Source: Deinococcales bacterium (lineage in GTDB: Bacteria > Deinococcota > Deinococci > Deinococcales > JAAFIG01). Taken from it: a stretch of DNA of 17,537 nucleotides. The stretch is taken from contig JAYWGM010000078.1 of the NCBI GenBank assembly GCA_043778225.1, positions 1-17,537 of the forward strand, given 5' to 3'. Both the position numbers and the translations under genes were made by a program. Below are positions 8,891 through 17,321 of the stretch, one piece after another (within the stretch, counting starts at the first letter, position 1; each line of letters begins with the position of its first letter). The notes below the pieces were generated by a model. That model was not told the origin of the DNA and ran no database searches. It saw only the letters and a program-made list of their open reading frames with translations.

Positions 8891-9467
8891 ACGCTCCAAC
8901 AACTCAGCCGGTGGCGGACGCGGCGGCAATCAACGCGGCGGTGGCAACCAACGTGGTGGCAATCAACGTGGCAGAGGTCGTAACGACCAAGCCGAACGCA
9001 GCACCGACCCATTTGAAGAAAAAATGATTTCCTTAGAGCGCAATGCCAAAACCTACCAAGGTGGTCGCCGTTTTAAGTTCCAAGCTGTGGTTGTGGTCGG
9101 AGACCGCAATGGTCGCGTCGGACTTGGAATCGGCAAGTCTCGAGAAGTACCATTGGCGGTTGCCAAAGCCAATGCCAATGCTCGTAAGAACTTGATTCGT
9201 GTACCTTTGCAAAACGGTACAATTCCACACGATATTATCGGAAAAAACACCACCAGCAATGTTATTCTGCGTCCAGCCAGCGCTGGCACAGGTGTAATCG
9301 CTGGTGGCGTACCTCGAGCCATTGCCGAATTGGCTGGCATCACCGATTTATTGAGTAAAGAACTCGGTAGCCGTACCAAAGTCAATGTGGCTTATGCTGT
9401 TTTCGATGGTTTAAGCCGTTTACAAACCAAAGAAGGCTTAGCCAAACTCAAGGAGACTGCACAGTGA
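8880..9467 (+). CDS. rpsE: 30S ribosomal protein S5 with N-terminal Gly/Arg low-complexity extension
   Basis: [40 protein letters not shown]; start inferred at TTG 8880 after a GGAGG-like SD (start uncertain). Confidence 0.95.
   Translation: MTSERSNNSAGGGRGGNQRGGGNQRGGNQRGRGRNDQAERSTDPFEEKMISLERNAKTYQGGRRFKFQAVVVVGDRNGRVGLGIGKSREVPLAVAKANANARKNLIRVPLQNGTIPHDIIGKNTTSNVILRPASAGTGVIAGGVPRAIAELAGITDLLSKELGSRTKVNVAYAVFDGLSRLQTKEGLAKLKETAQ
8922..8969 (+). repeat. Three tandem GGNQR-coding repeats in rpsE
   Basis: ggcggcaatcaacgc / ggc ggtggcaaccaacgt / ggtggcaatcaacgt. Confidence 0.85.
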
Positions 9468-9631
9468 ATGTTATTTTGCGCCGTAGCCTGATTAAACTGA
9501 CCAAGCCGCAATTGGCAGCCGCTAAAGCCCTTGGCTTACGCAAAATTGGTCAATCCGTTAGCGTCCAAGACAACCCTGCGGCTCGTGGGCAAGTCGAAGC
9601 GATTAAATTTATTCTCGAGATACAGCCGTAA
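9464..9631 (+). CDS. rpmD: 50S ribosomal protein L30 (55 aa, absent from the ORF track)
   Basis: Manual translation from GTG 9464: [61 protein letters not shown] and DNPA.RG motifs; SD AAGGAG; lies between rpsE and rplO. Confidence 0.93.
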   Translation: MNVILRRSLIKLTKPQLAAAKALGLRKIGQSVSVQDNPAARGQVEAIKFILEIQP

Positions 9632-9637
9632 GTTTTT

Positions 9638-9666
9638 GAGCCTTGGGTATTTGCATCCCAAGGCTC
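9638..9666. other. Hairpin in the rpmD-rplO spacer
   Basis: Perfect 10-bp stem GAGCCTTGGG/CCCAAGGCTC with a 9-nt loop, extendable by G-U pairs. Confidence 0.6.
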
Positions 9667-9692
9667 GAGACTGACTGCTCCAGAGGTTTGCA

Positions 9693-10160
9693 ATGAAACT
9701 CAATGAACTTAAACCAAATCCAGGAGCGCGTCACCGCAAAAAGCGGGTTGGACGTGGACCTGGCGGAACGGACAAAACCGCCGGACGCGGACATAAAGGT
9801 CAGCAATCGCGTTCTGGTTCGAGCTTGCCCTCAAGCGGTTCGTACAAAGCCGAAGGTGGTCAAACACCAATGATTCGACGTTTGCCAAAACGCGGTTTTA
9901 ATAATCCAAACAAACAACAATTTCACATTGTCAATTTGTCGGATTTAAGCGTTTTTGCGGCTAATGAAGTTGTTAATGGCGAAAGTCTGGTTGCTAAGCG
10001 CTTAATCAAAAAGATTCATCATCCAATTAAGTTACTTGCTTTTGGCGAACTTAACCTAGCCTTGACCATTGTTGTGGATAATGCCAGTGCAACAGCCATC
10101 GAAAAGGTCAAAAGCGCCGGTGGCAGTATTACCGTTACTAATGCCGCCGAGGGCGCGTGA
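9693..10160 (+). CDS. rplO: 50S ribosomal protein L15
   Basis: KRVGRGPGGTDKTAGRGHKGQ, EGGQTPMIRRLPKRGF. Confidence 0.97.
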   Translation: MKLNELKPNPGARHRKKRVGRGPGGTDKTAGRGHKGQQSRSGSSLPSSGSYKAEGGQTPMIRRLPKRGFNNPNKQQFHIVNLSDLSVFAANEVVNGESLVAKRLIKKIHHPIKLLAFGELNLALTIVVDNASATAIEKVKSAGGSITVTNAAEGA

Positions 10161-10183
10161 ACCTCGAGAAATCACGAAGCCAA

Positions 10184-10211
10184 AATGCCGCATCCTTAGG
10201 GTTGCGGCATT
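10184..10211. other. Hairpin in the rplO-secY spacer
   Basis: AATGCCGCA/TGCGGCATT 9-bp perfect stem, followed by TATACT (possible -10; no clear -35). Confidence 0.5.
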
Positions 10212-10243
10212 GTATACTTATGTGGATTTCTAAAGGATAAACT

Positions 10244-11572
10244 ATGTGGCGCGCATTCTTAGATGCTTTTAAAATTCCAGAGTTACGAATGAAAATCCTG
10301 TTCACCTTGGGTGCTTTGGCGGTCTACCGACTTGGTGCAGCCATTCCAACCCCGGGCGTAGATGCAAGTAGCCTTAGCAATAACATTCAAGGTGGCAACC
10401 TTGGTGGGGTGCTGGGCATTCTTGGTTTGGTCAGTGGTGGCAGTCTCGAGCAATTTTCGTTGTTTGCCCTTGGTGTGTTGCCCTACATTACCGCCAGCAT
10501 CGTGATGCAAATCATGACCACGGCGATTCCAGCCCTCGAGAAAATGCAGAAAGAAGGACCAGAAGGCTCGAAGCGGATTAACCAATATACCCGTACAGCA
10601 GCGATTGGTCTAGCCGCAGTGCAGGCGTTTTTCTTTGCCAATCTGTTGCAAAGCCAAGGTACGTTCGTGCGTATTGGTTGGAATCCAGCTGTCTTTATGT
10701 TTGTCTTGGTGATTACCCAAATGGCAGGTTGTGCTTTTACAATGTGGTTGGGTGAGCGCATTACCGAATATGGCATTGGCAACGGTATTTCAATGATTAT
10801 TTTTGCTGGTATTGTCCAAGGCTTTCCGACCCAGTTTCAGCAAACTTTTGCTTTGTTGGGAACACAATTTGACTTATTGGCTGTGATTTTTTTCTTTGCG
10901 ATGATTGTCTTGGTGATTGGCATTATTGTCTGGGTACAGCAAGGGGAGCGGCGAATACCTGTCCAATATGCCCGTAAAATTTCGGCTCGAGCCGGTGGGG
11001 CTGCCTCGAGTGCTGCCAATGCCAGTTTTATCCCTCTGAAAATCAATACGGCTGGTGTGATACCTGTTATTTTTGCCAGTTCGATATTACAATTGATTCA
11101 ACTGATTCCAACCAGTCTACCAAATGCACCATGGGCGCAAACAGTGGCGGACTTTTTGAATGTTCGCAGTGCCAGTGGATTACTGATTGAAGTGCTGCTG
11201 ATTATTGGTTTTACTTACTTTTACACCAGCATTACCTTCGACCCAAAACGGGTTGCCGAAAACTTGCGTGAACAAGGTGGTTTTGTACCCGGAGTTCGCC
11301 CCGGTACAGACACACAATTGCATCTCGAGCGTATTTCGGGGCGAATTACCCTTTGGGGTGCGTTGTTTCTTGGCGCGTTAGCCGTTATTCCAACCGTTGT
11401 ACAAAACATTACCAATGTCAGCACCTTCCCGTTGGCGGGGACAACCCTACTGATTGTGGTCGGTGTGGCGCTTGACACCTTAAAACAACTCGAGTCTCAA
11501 CTTGCGATTCGCAATTATGGTGGCTTTCTACAAAAAGGTAAGCTGCGCGGACGCGGTGGCTTTCAACAATAG
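10244..11572 (+). CDS. secY: Preprotein translocase subunit SecY
   Basis: FSLFALGVLPYITASIVMQ, WLGERITEYGIGNGISMIIFAGI, GGFVPGVRPG, LLIVVGVALDT; many hydrophobic segments. Confidence 0.98.
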   Translation: MWRAFLDAFKIPELRMKILFTLGALAVYRLGAAIPTPGVDASSLSNNIQGGNLGGVLGILGLVSGGSLEQFSLFALGVLPYITASIVMQIMTTAIPALEKMQKEGPEGSKRINQYTRTAAIGLAAVQAFFFANLLQSQGTFVRIGWNPAVFMFVLVITQMAGCAFTMWLGERITEYGIGNGISMIIFAGIVQGFPTQFQQTFALLGTQFDLLAVIFFFAMIVLVIGIIVWVQQGERRIPVQYARKISARAGGAASSAANASFIPLKINTAGVIPVIFASSILQLIQLIPTSLPNAPWAQTVADFLNVRSASGLLIEVLLIIGFTYFYTSITFDPKRVAENLREQGGFVPGVRPGTDTQLHLERISGRITLWGALFLGALAVIPTVVQNITNVSTFPLAGTTLLIVVGVALDTLKQLESQLAIRNYGGFLQKGKLRGRGGFQQ

Positions 11573-11581
11573 CGGCTTTTG

Positions 11582-11619
11582 GTTTCTCGAGTTTGCTAGG
11601 CTCGAGAAACTATTTTTTT
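11582..11619 (+). terminator. Probable intrinsic terminator after secY
   Basis: GTTTCTCGAG(11582-91)/CTCGAGAAAC(11601-10) stem followed by TATTTTTTT. Confidence 0.65.
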
Positions 11620-11631
11620 GATGGAGAATCC

Positions 11632-12192
11632 ATGCACAAAGTCATTATTTTCTTAGGACCTCCCGGCGCAGGCAAAGGCACACAAGCCAAACGCCTTGCA
11701 TCTGAACTCGAGTTGGTGCAGTTATCTACCGGCGAAATGCTGCGTGACCATATGGCTCGAGGCACTGAGTTGGGAATGCAAATCAAAGAGATTCAAAATT
11801 CAGGGCGACTTGTTTCTAACGAAATTGTGGTGGCGTTAATCCGCGATAAATTGTCGGCAATGGAGCGCATCCGCGTGATATTCGATGGTTTCCCACGCAC
11901 CATCGCTCAAGCCCAAGCGCTTGATGTGCTGCTTGAGGAACTGAGTGCGCCAATCTCGAGCGTGCCATTGTTTGAAGTCCCCGAAGACGTGCTGCGGCAA
12001 CGAATTTTAGACCGTGCCGATAAGGAAAAACGTGCCGATGACACCCCAGTGGTGATTCAAAAGCGGATGCAGGTCTACCAAGATGAAACTTCTCCACTGA
12101 TTGATTACTACGAACCACGCGGTAATCTCAAGCGTATCAATGCGCTCGGCGAGCCAGACGAAGTGTATGCCAGACTTAAAGCAGTTATTTAA
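11632..12192 (+). CDS. adk: Adenylate kinase (short LID type)
   Basis: P-loop GPPGAGKGTQA, LSTGEMLR, FDGFPRT, RADD; SD GGAG before ATG 11632. Confidence 0.97.
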   Translation: MHKVIIFLGPPGAGKGTQAKRLASELELVQLSTGEMLRDHMARGTELGMQIKEIQNSGRLVSNEIVVALIRDKLSAMERIRVIFDGFPRTIAQAQALDVLLEELSAPISSVPLFEVPEDVLRQRILDRADKEKRADDTPVVIQKRMQVYQDETSPLIDYYEPRGNLKRINALGEPDEVYARLKAVI

Positions 12193-12195
12193 CCT

Positions 12196-12975
12196 ATGTC
12201 CATTATCTATAAACGCCAAAACGAACTCGAAATGATGGCAGCCGCCGGAGAAATCCTTTACAAAGTCCATGACCTTGTAGAACGGGCTGTTGCCGAGGGT
12301 GTGACCACCAAGCACCTTAATGATGTGGCGGAAAATGCGATTCTCGAGTTTGGCGCTCGACCAGCCTTTCTTGGCTATAATGGCTTTCCAGCCACGATTA
12401 ACTCGAGCATCAATGATGTCATTGTGCATGGCATTCCAAGCACCCAAAAACTCCGCAATGGCGACATTATCAGCGTGGATATTGGATTACACTACAAAGG
12501 CTGGGTGGCAGACAGCGCCCGTTCGTATGGTGTGGGCAGCATCTCGCCAATGGCAAAAAAATTGCTCGAGGTCACAGATGCGGCACTCTGGGCGGGTATC
12601 AAAGCCGCACAAGCGGGTCAACGTTTAGGCGATGTTTCGTGGGCAGTGCAAAAAACGGTTGAAGCCGCAGGATTTTCGGTGGTGCGTGAATTTGTTGGAC
12701 ACGGCGTTGGACGTAAAATGCACGAAGAGCCACAAGTTCCTAATTGGGGACAAGCCGGCAAGGGACCTGTCCTCAAACCCGGTATGACCTTTGCACTCGA
12801 GCCGATGGTGACAGTTGGACGCACTGATGTGGTTGTACTCGAGGATAAATGGACAGCCAAAACCAAGGATGGAAGCCTAAGCGCCCAAATTGAACACACG
12901 ATTGCAATTACCGACCGCGGACCTCGGGTGCTGACCTTACCCAAAGGTGTGGCGTGGGGACCGGTGCATAAATAG
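12196..12975 (+). CDS. map: Type I methionine aminopeptidase
   Basis: VHGIP, GDIISVDIG, ADSARS, GHGVGRKMHEEPQV, FALEPM, EHTIAIT. Confidence 0.97.
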   Translation: MSIIYKRQNELEMMAAAGEILYKVHDLVERAVAEGVTTKHLNDVAENAILEFGARPAFLGYNGFPATINSSINDVIVHGIPSTQKLRNGDIISVDIGLHYKGWVADSARSYGVGSISPMAKKLLEVTDAALWAGIKAAQAGQRLGDVSWAVQKTVEAAGFSVVREFVGHGVGRKMHEEPQVPNWGQAGKGPVLKPGMTFALEPMVTVGRTDVVVLEDKWTAKTKDGSLSAQIEHTIAITDRGPRVLTLPKGVAWGPVHK

Positions 12976-13102
12976 TATTATACGGGACATACACGCCCAT
13001 GTTTATCTGGCATAATTGTTAAGCTAGATTTGATACCCGTTAAGGCGGGAAATAAGCCCCCCGTAACGGCGGGGAAAAACCAACCCGCACGACGGAGGAT
13101 AA

Positions 13103-13384
13103 ATGGCAGGAAGAAACCGCAGCTCTAAACCCGGCGCATCCCGCGAAGCCAAAGACGCAAAACGCCAAGAAAAAGCCGAGGATGTGATACGCACCGAAGG
13201 CGTGGTACTCGAGGCATTACCAAACACCACTTTTATGATTAAACTCGACTCTGGTCACGAATTACTTAGTTACGTTTCGGGCAAGATGCGAATGAATTAT
13301 ATCCGAATTCTGCCCGGTGACCGTGTGGTTCTCGAGATTTCAAAATACGATCCAAGCAAGGGTCGAATTGTGTACCGCAAATAA
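13103..13384 (+). CDS. infA: Translation initiation factor IF-1 (N-terminally extended)
   Basis: [44 protein letters not shown] before ATG 13103. Confidence 0.97.
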   Translation: MAGRNRSSKPGASREAKDAKRQEKAEDVIRTEGVVLEALPNTTFMIKLDSGHELLSYVSGKMRMNYIRILPGDRVVLEISKYDPSKGRIVYRK

Positions 13385-13519
13385 AGAATTCTTTTTTCTC
13401 GAGCAATAATTCTCGAGCTTGTATTATCCCCAAATTAGTCCAAATAGACAGTGCTGTACGACTGTCGAGCGCTGCTAAGGTTTCAAAACCAAACAAACGG
13501 CGGCGCGAGGAGGAAAATC

Positions 13520-13633
13520 GTGAAAGTCAGGGCAAGTGTTAAGAAAATGTGCGATAACTGCAAAGTTGTTCGCCGTCACGGCGTGGTTTTTGTCATCTGC
13601 AAAGACCCCAATCATAAGCAGAGGCAGGGTTAA
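13520..13633 (+). CDS. rpmJ: 50S ribosomal protein L36 (zinc-ribbon type)
   Basis: From GTG 13520: [45 protein letters not shown]. Confidence 0.97.
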   Translation: MKVRASVKKMCDNCKVVRRHGVVFVICKDPNHKQRQG

Positions 13634-13635
13634 GC

Positions 13636-14016
13636 ATGGCGCGTATTAGTGGTGTGGATTTACCACGCGAAAAGCGTGTCGAAATTGCTTTGACCTATAT
13701 TTTTGGCATCGGTTTGACCCGTAGCCAAGAAGTGCTGGCAGCCACAGGTATCAACCCAGATACTCGAGTCAAAGCACTGACCGAAGCTGAACAAACCAAA
13801 TTGCGCGATTTTGTTGAGAAAAACTTCAAAATTGAAGGCGATTTGCGTTCAGAGATTGGTCAGAACATCAAGCGACTGATGGACATTGGCAGTTACCGTG
13901 GCTTACGTCACCGTAAATCTTTGCCTGTTCGTGGTCAACGCAGCAAAACCAACGCTCGTACCCGCAAAGGTCCTCGTAAGACCGTTGCTGGTAAGAAGAA
14001 AGCCGCGAGGAAGTAA
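13636..14016 (+). CDS. rpsM: 30S ribosomal protein S13
   Basis: [42 protein letters not shown]. Confidence 0.98.
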   Translation: MARISGVDLPREKRVEIALTYIFGIGLTRSQEVLAATGINPDTRVKALTEAEQTKLRDFVEKNFKIEGDLRSEIGQNIKRLMDIGSYRGLRHRKSLPVRGQRSKTNARTRKGPRKTVAGKKKAARK

Positions 14017-14018
14017 TC

Positions 14019-14411
14019 ATGGCTAAACCTGTTAAAGGAAAGGCTCCAAAAGCCAAACGCCGCAATATACCAAGTGGCAAAGCGTACATTAATGCTTCGT
14101 ACAACAATACCATTGTCACGATTGCAGATAGCGCAGGCAACCCAGTTGCTTGGAGTAGCGGCGGTACAATTGGCTACAAAGGCAGCAAAAAAGGTACGCC
14201 TTACGCCGCGCAACTTGCAGCTGCCGACGCTGCCAAGAAAGCCCAAGGCATGGGCATGACCATAGTGGACGTGGTTGTGCGTGGCACAGGCTCTGGGCGT
14301 GAACAAGCAATTCGTGCCATTCAAGCCAGTGGCTTGGATGTCCGTTCGATCATGGATGATACCCCGGTACCGCACAACGGTTGCCGTGCGCGTAAGAAGA
14401 TGAGGTTGTAA
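14019..14411 (+). CDS. rpsK: 30S ribosomal protein S11
   Basis: [35 protein letters not shown]. Confidence 0.98.
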   Translation: MAKPVKGKAPKAKRRNIPSGKAYINASYNNTIVTIADSAGNPVAWSSGGTIGYKGSKKGTPYAAQLAAADAAKKAQGMGMTIVDVVVRGTGSGREQAIRAIQASGLDVRSIMDDTPVPHNGCRARKKMRL

Positions 14412-15028
14412 TGGCTCGTTATACAGGACCCGCAATTAAATTATGCCGCCGTGAAGGAGTCAATTTATTTGATTCTGATAAGGTCGCAAAATACCTCGCT
14501 CGGCGTGAATACGCCCCAGGTCAACACGGTCAACGCCGCAAGGGTCGCCCAAGCGATTTTAGTGTGCGTTTGCGCGAAAAGCAAAAGCTGATTCGTATCT
14601 ATGGAATGTCCGAAAAGCCATTTCGTAATTTATTCGGCGAAGCTGCTAACCGCGTCGGTGTGACCGGTACAATTTTTATTCAGTTGCTCGAGAGCCGCTT
14701 GGATAATGTCGTTTACCGTATGGGAATCGCGACCACTCGCCGTCAATCACGTCAGTTTGTTGGGCATGACCACATCCGAGTCAATGGTAAGCGCGTGACC
14801 ATTCCAAGTTACCGCGTTAAACCGGGCGATGCGATTACCGTTAAAGAAAGCAGCAAGTCCTTAACTTTCTTTAAGGAAAACGCCGAAGCCAGTAAGCGCC
14901 GTCGCACTCCAAATTGGGTTTCGTTTGATGCTGATAAACTCGAAGGTAAATTTGATCGTTTGCCGGCACGAGAAGATGTTGTAATTCCAGTCAATGAGCA
15001 GTTTGTAGTCGAGTACTACAGCCGATAA
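14411..15028 (+). CDS. rpsD: 30S ribosomal protein S4 (no four-Cys zinc motif)
   Basis: [37 protein letters not shown]; a single Cys. Confidence 0.98.
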   Translation: MARYTGPAIKLCRREGVNLFDSDKVAKYLARREYAPGQHGQRRKGRPSDFSVRLREKQKLIRIYGMSEKPFRNLFGEAANRVGVTGTIFIQLLESRLDNVVYRMGIATTRRQSRQFVGHDHIRVNGKRVTIPSYRVKPGDAITVKESSKSLTFFKENAEASKRRRTPNWVSFDADKLEGKFDRLPAREDVVIPVNEQFVVEYYSR

Positions 15029-15124
15029 TCCGCCCTCTCATAACCCAATGATTCTCGAGGTGCAAGCCCCGCGCACCGAACTCTTACCCTTACTTCGTTC
15101 CTCGAGAAATCACATGGAGGCACT

Positions 15125-16114
15125 GTGGAATTTAAGCCCCGCCTCACCGCAAAAACCACCGATAACTATGGCGAATTCGTCCTCGAGCCACTGCAACGTG
15201 GCTATGGTGTAACCATTGGCAACCCTCTGCGCCGTATTTTGCTCTCGAGCATTCCGGGTACAGCCGTCACCAGTGTTTATATCGAGGATGTGCTGCACGA
15301 GTTCAGTACCATCAATGGTGTGACCGAAGATGTGATTCACATTATTTTGAACCTTAAACAATTGGTTGTAAAATTTCACGCTGGTGGACCAAAAACCCTT
15401 TCGATTCGTGCCGAAGGTCCAAGACAAATTTTTGCCAAGGATTTAGATGTGCCATCTGATGCTGAAATTGTCAACCCAGAACAGTACATCTGCACCCTTG
15501 GCAAAGGTGGCAAGTTGGTTATGGAAATCCGTGTTGAAGAAGGTGTTGGCTATGTGCCGTCTGAGCGCCACAACACCAAAGACCGTATCAACTCCATGCC
15601 CGTAGATGCGGTCTATACGCCAGTCTCTCGAGTTGCTTACCACGTTGAAGATACCCGCGTCGGTCAACAAACAGACCTTGACCGTCTGATTCTACGCATC
15701 TGGACCGATGGCAGCATCACCCCAGACAGTGCGCTCGAGCAATCGGTCAATCTGCTTCGCGCTCAGTTGGATTTGTTCTCGAGTGCTGAGAAATTGGCAG
15801 CCCCTGTTGCTCCAGTTCGCCCAGTGATGGAAATTCCAAAAGCGGTGATTCAATCCGAGCCACCAGCCCCACGTGAAAAACTGGTCATCAAACCCGTTAT
15901 CGAAGCCACTGGAAACGACAATGGCATGACCTTAGAGGGCTTAGGTTTAACCACCCGCACGCTTCACAGCCTCAAAGAAGAAGGCGTGGACAGTGTGGCA
16001 GCCCTGACCAGTTTGTCCGAAAAAGACTTGAAGAAAGTCCCCGGTATTGGCGAACGAAGCCTTGACGAAATCAAGAAGCAGCTTGCCATGAGCGGACTCG
16101 AGCTTAAACCATAA
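15125..16114 (+). CDS. rpoA: RNA polymerase alpha subunit
   Basis: LEPLQRGYGVTIGNPLRRILLSSIPG, VLHEFSTI, TRVGQQTDLDRL; CTD with PGIGERSLDEI; GTG start after GGAGG. Confidence 0.98.
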   Translation: MEFKPRLTAKTTDNYGEFVLEPLQRGYGVTIGNPLRRILLSSIPGTAVTSVYIEDVLHEFSTINGVTEDVIHIILNLKQLVVKFHAGGPKTLSIRAEGPRQIFAKDLDVPSDAEIVNPEQYICTLGKGGKLVMEIRVEEGVGYVPSERHNTKDRINSMPVDAVYTPVSRVAYHVEDTRVGQQTDLDRLILRIWTDGSITPDSALEQSVNLLRAQLDLFSSAEKLAAPVAPVRPVMEIPKAVIQSEPPAPREKLVIKPVIEATGNDNGMTLEGLGLTTRTLHSLKEEGVDSVAALTSLSEKDLKKVPGIGERSLDEIKKQLAMSGLELKP

Positions 16115-16193
16115 GACTCCCCAACGTGCCTAAAAGCGCGACCATTCACCCTCTGCCACACAAACGGCAACCCAAGAGGACAGGAGCAACACC

Positions 16194-16565
16194 ATGAGAC
16201 ACCTTGTAGCAGGACGACGTTTAGGACGTTCCTCGAGTCACCGTCGTGCATTAAGCACCGCCCAAGCCACCGCCCTTTTTCGCCACGGACGCATCGAGAC
16301 AACCTTAGCCAAAGCCAAGGAACTGCGCCCATACGTCGAAAGCCTGATTACCACGGCTAAAGGCGGCAGCTTGCACAACCGCCGTATTGTTGGCGCGGAC
16401 ATCAAAGACAAAGCGGTTCTCAAAAAGCTCTTTGAAGAAATTGCACCATTGTTTGCCAACCGTCCCGGTGGATACACCCGTATCCTCAAGACTGGCACAC
16501 GCCGAGGCGACAATGCGCCATTGGCACTGATTGAACTGGTGACATACGAAATTCCAGCAGTCTAA
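16194..16565 (+). CDS. rplQ: 50S ribosomal protein L17
   Basis: [43 protein letters not shown]. Confidence 0.98.
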   Translation: MRHLVAGRRLGRSSSHRRALSTAQATALFRHGRIETTLAKAKELRPYVESLITTAKGGSLHNRRIVGADIKDKAVLKKLFEEIAPLFANRPGGYTRILKTGTRRGDNAPLALIELVTYEIPAV

Positions 16566-16577
16566 AGAAATAAAATT

Positions 16578-16615
16578 AACGAGTCTCGAGATAATTGCCT
16601 CGAGACTCGTTTTTT
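16578..16615 (+). terminator. Intrinsic terminator ending the alpha operon (possibly bidirectional)
   Basis: 13-bp perfect stem AACGAGTCTCGAG/CTCGAGACTCGTT, 8-nt loop, T-run downstream and A-rich upstream; lies between convergent genes. Confidence 0.85.
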
Positions 16616-16657
16616 GGTTATTCTGGAATAGAACAACCAGAAATGTAGATACGCTCC

Positions 16658-17074
16658 TTACAAATCCAGTACATCAACCTCAAGTGTCCAAAAGTCAGCA
16701 TCAAACGTAAAAACTTGGCTGCTTAGGCGTTGGCTCATTGCACTAACAATGGCATCTGTCAACGTAATTTTCTGCCCCATGTGTTGCGGCAACTTGTCCA
16801 GAGCTAAACCTAAATCCTCTGGTATGGGGTACTCCACTGGAAAAGCAGTGGTTAAACGCAGTAATTCCCCTGATGCTTTACCCGGCAAGAACGGTTTTCG
16901 GTATAACCTCAGCCTGTGAAACTCGAGTAGACAAGGTAATGGTATCCGAATCTCAGCCCGAATTTTAGCAAGGTACGCAAATCCTGCTTTGGCTCGATCG
17001 TATTCGCTGTCGGATTTATCGCTTAGGCTGTATAGAGGGCTTGTGTCGAGCAAAACAAGCCTATGCTGATTCAT
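16658..17074 (-). CDS. PIN-domain protein, VapC-like toxin
   Basis: VLLDTS near the N-terminus, LLE, ITLTDA and VFTFDADF give the four acidic PIN positions; 138 aa; overlaps the upstream small gene. Confidence 0.88.
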   Translation of the reverse strand: MNQHRLVLLDTSPLYSLSDKSDSEYDRAKAGFAYLAKIRAEIRIPLPCLLEFHRLRLYRKPFLPGKASGELLRLTTAFPVEYPIPEDLGLALDKLPQHMGQKITLTDAIVSAMSQRLSSQVFTFDADFWTLEVDVLDL

Positions 17075-17309
17075 GCTCGAGTTGAGTTAGGTAATGGTCG
17101 TGATTGAGTGCCATGTTGGTAATGCTGCCATCGGTTGGATTTTCGGCAAACATTTCAGCAATATCTTTCCAGTGGTGGGCGTTGCCTTGTGGGCGTGCAA
17201 AGAAAGACTCAAGACTTGCCTCAATGACTGCACTTTCAGTGGGAAACGAACCTTTTTGCACAGATTCCCGAATTAACTGCTCGAGTTTTGGGTTAAGGTC
17301 TAGCACCAT
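17061..17309 (-). CDS. Putative antitoxin (VapB-like, possible ribbon-helix-helix N-terminus)
   Basis: MVLDLNPKLEQLIRESVQKGSFPTESAVIEASL..., C-terminal ALNHDHYL; about 82 aa; overlaps the PIN gene start by 14 nt; start chosen at ATG 17309. Confidence 0.72.
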   Translation of the reverse strand: MVLDLNPKLEQLIRESVQKGSFPTESAVIEASLESFFARPQGNAHHWKDIAEMFAENPTDGSITNMALNHDHYLTQLEHESA

Positions 17310-17315
17310 GCGGAC

Positions 17316-17321
17316 AGTATA
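17316..17321 (-). promoter_or_regulatory. -10 box TATACT for a probably leaderless antitoxin-toxin mRNA
   Basis: Minus strand reads TATACT-GTCCGC-ATG; no SD upstream of the ATG. Confidence 0.55.

Noticed and set aside
7399..13460. Shared 9-mer TGCTGTACG in two spacers (7399 and 13452)
   Set aside because: Short, in different structural contexts, and compatible with chance.
78..16513. Numerous antisense and alternate-frame ORFs, e.g. 119-625, 2392-3201, 5254-5754, 13935-14435
   Set aside because: They are shadows of well-conserved r-protein genes, with no recognisable motifs or ribosome-binding sites.
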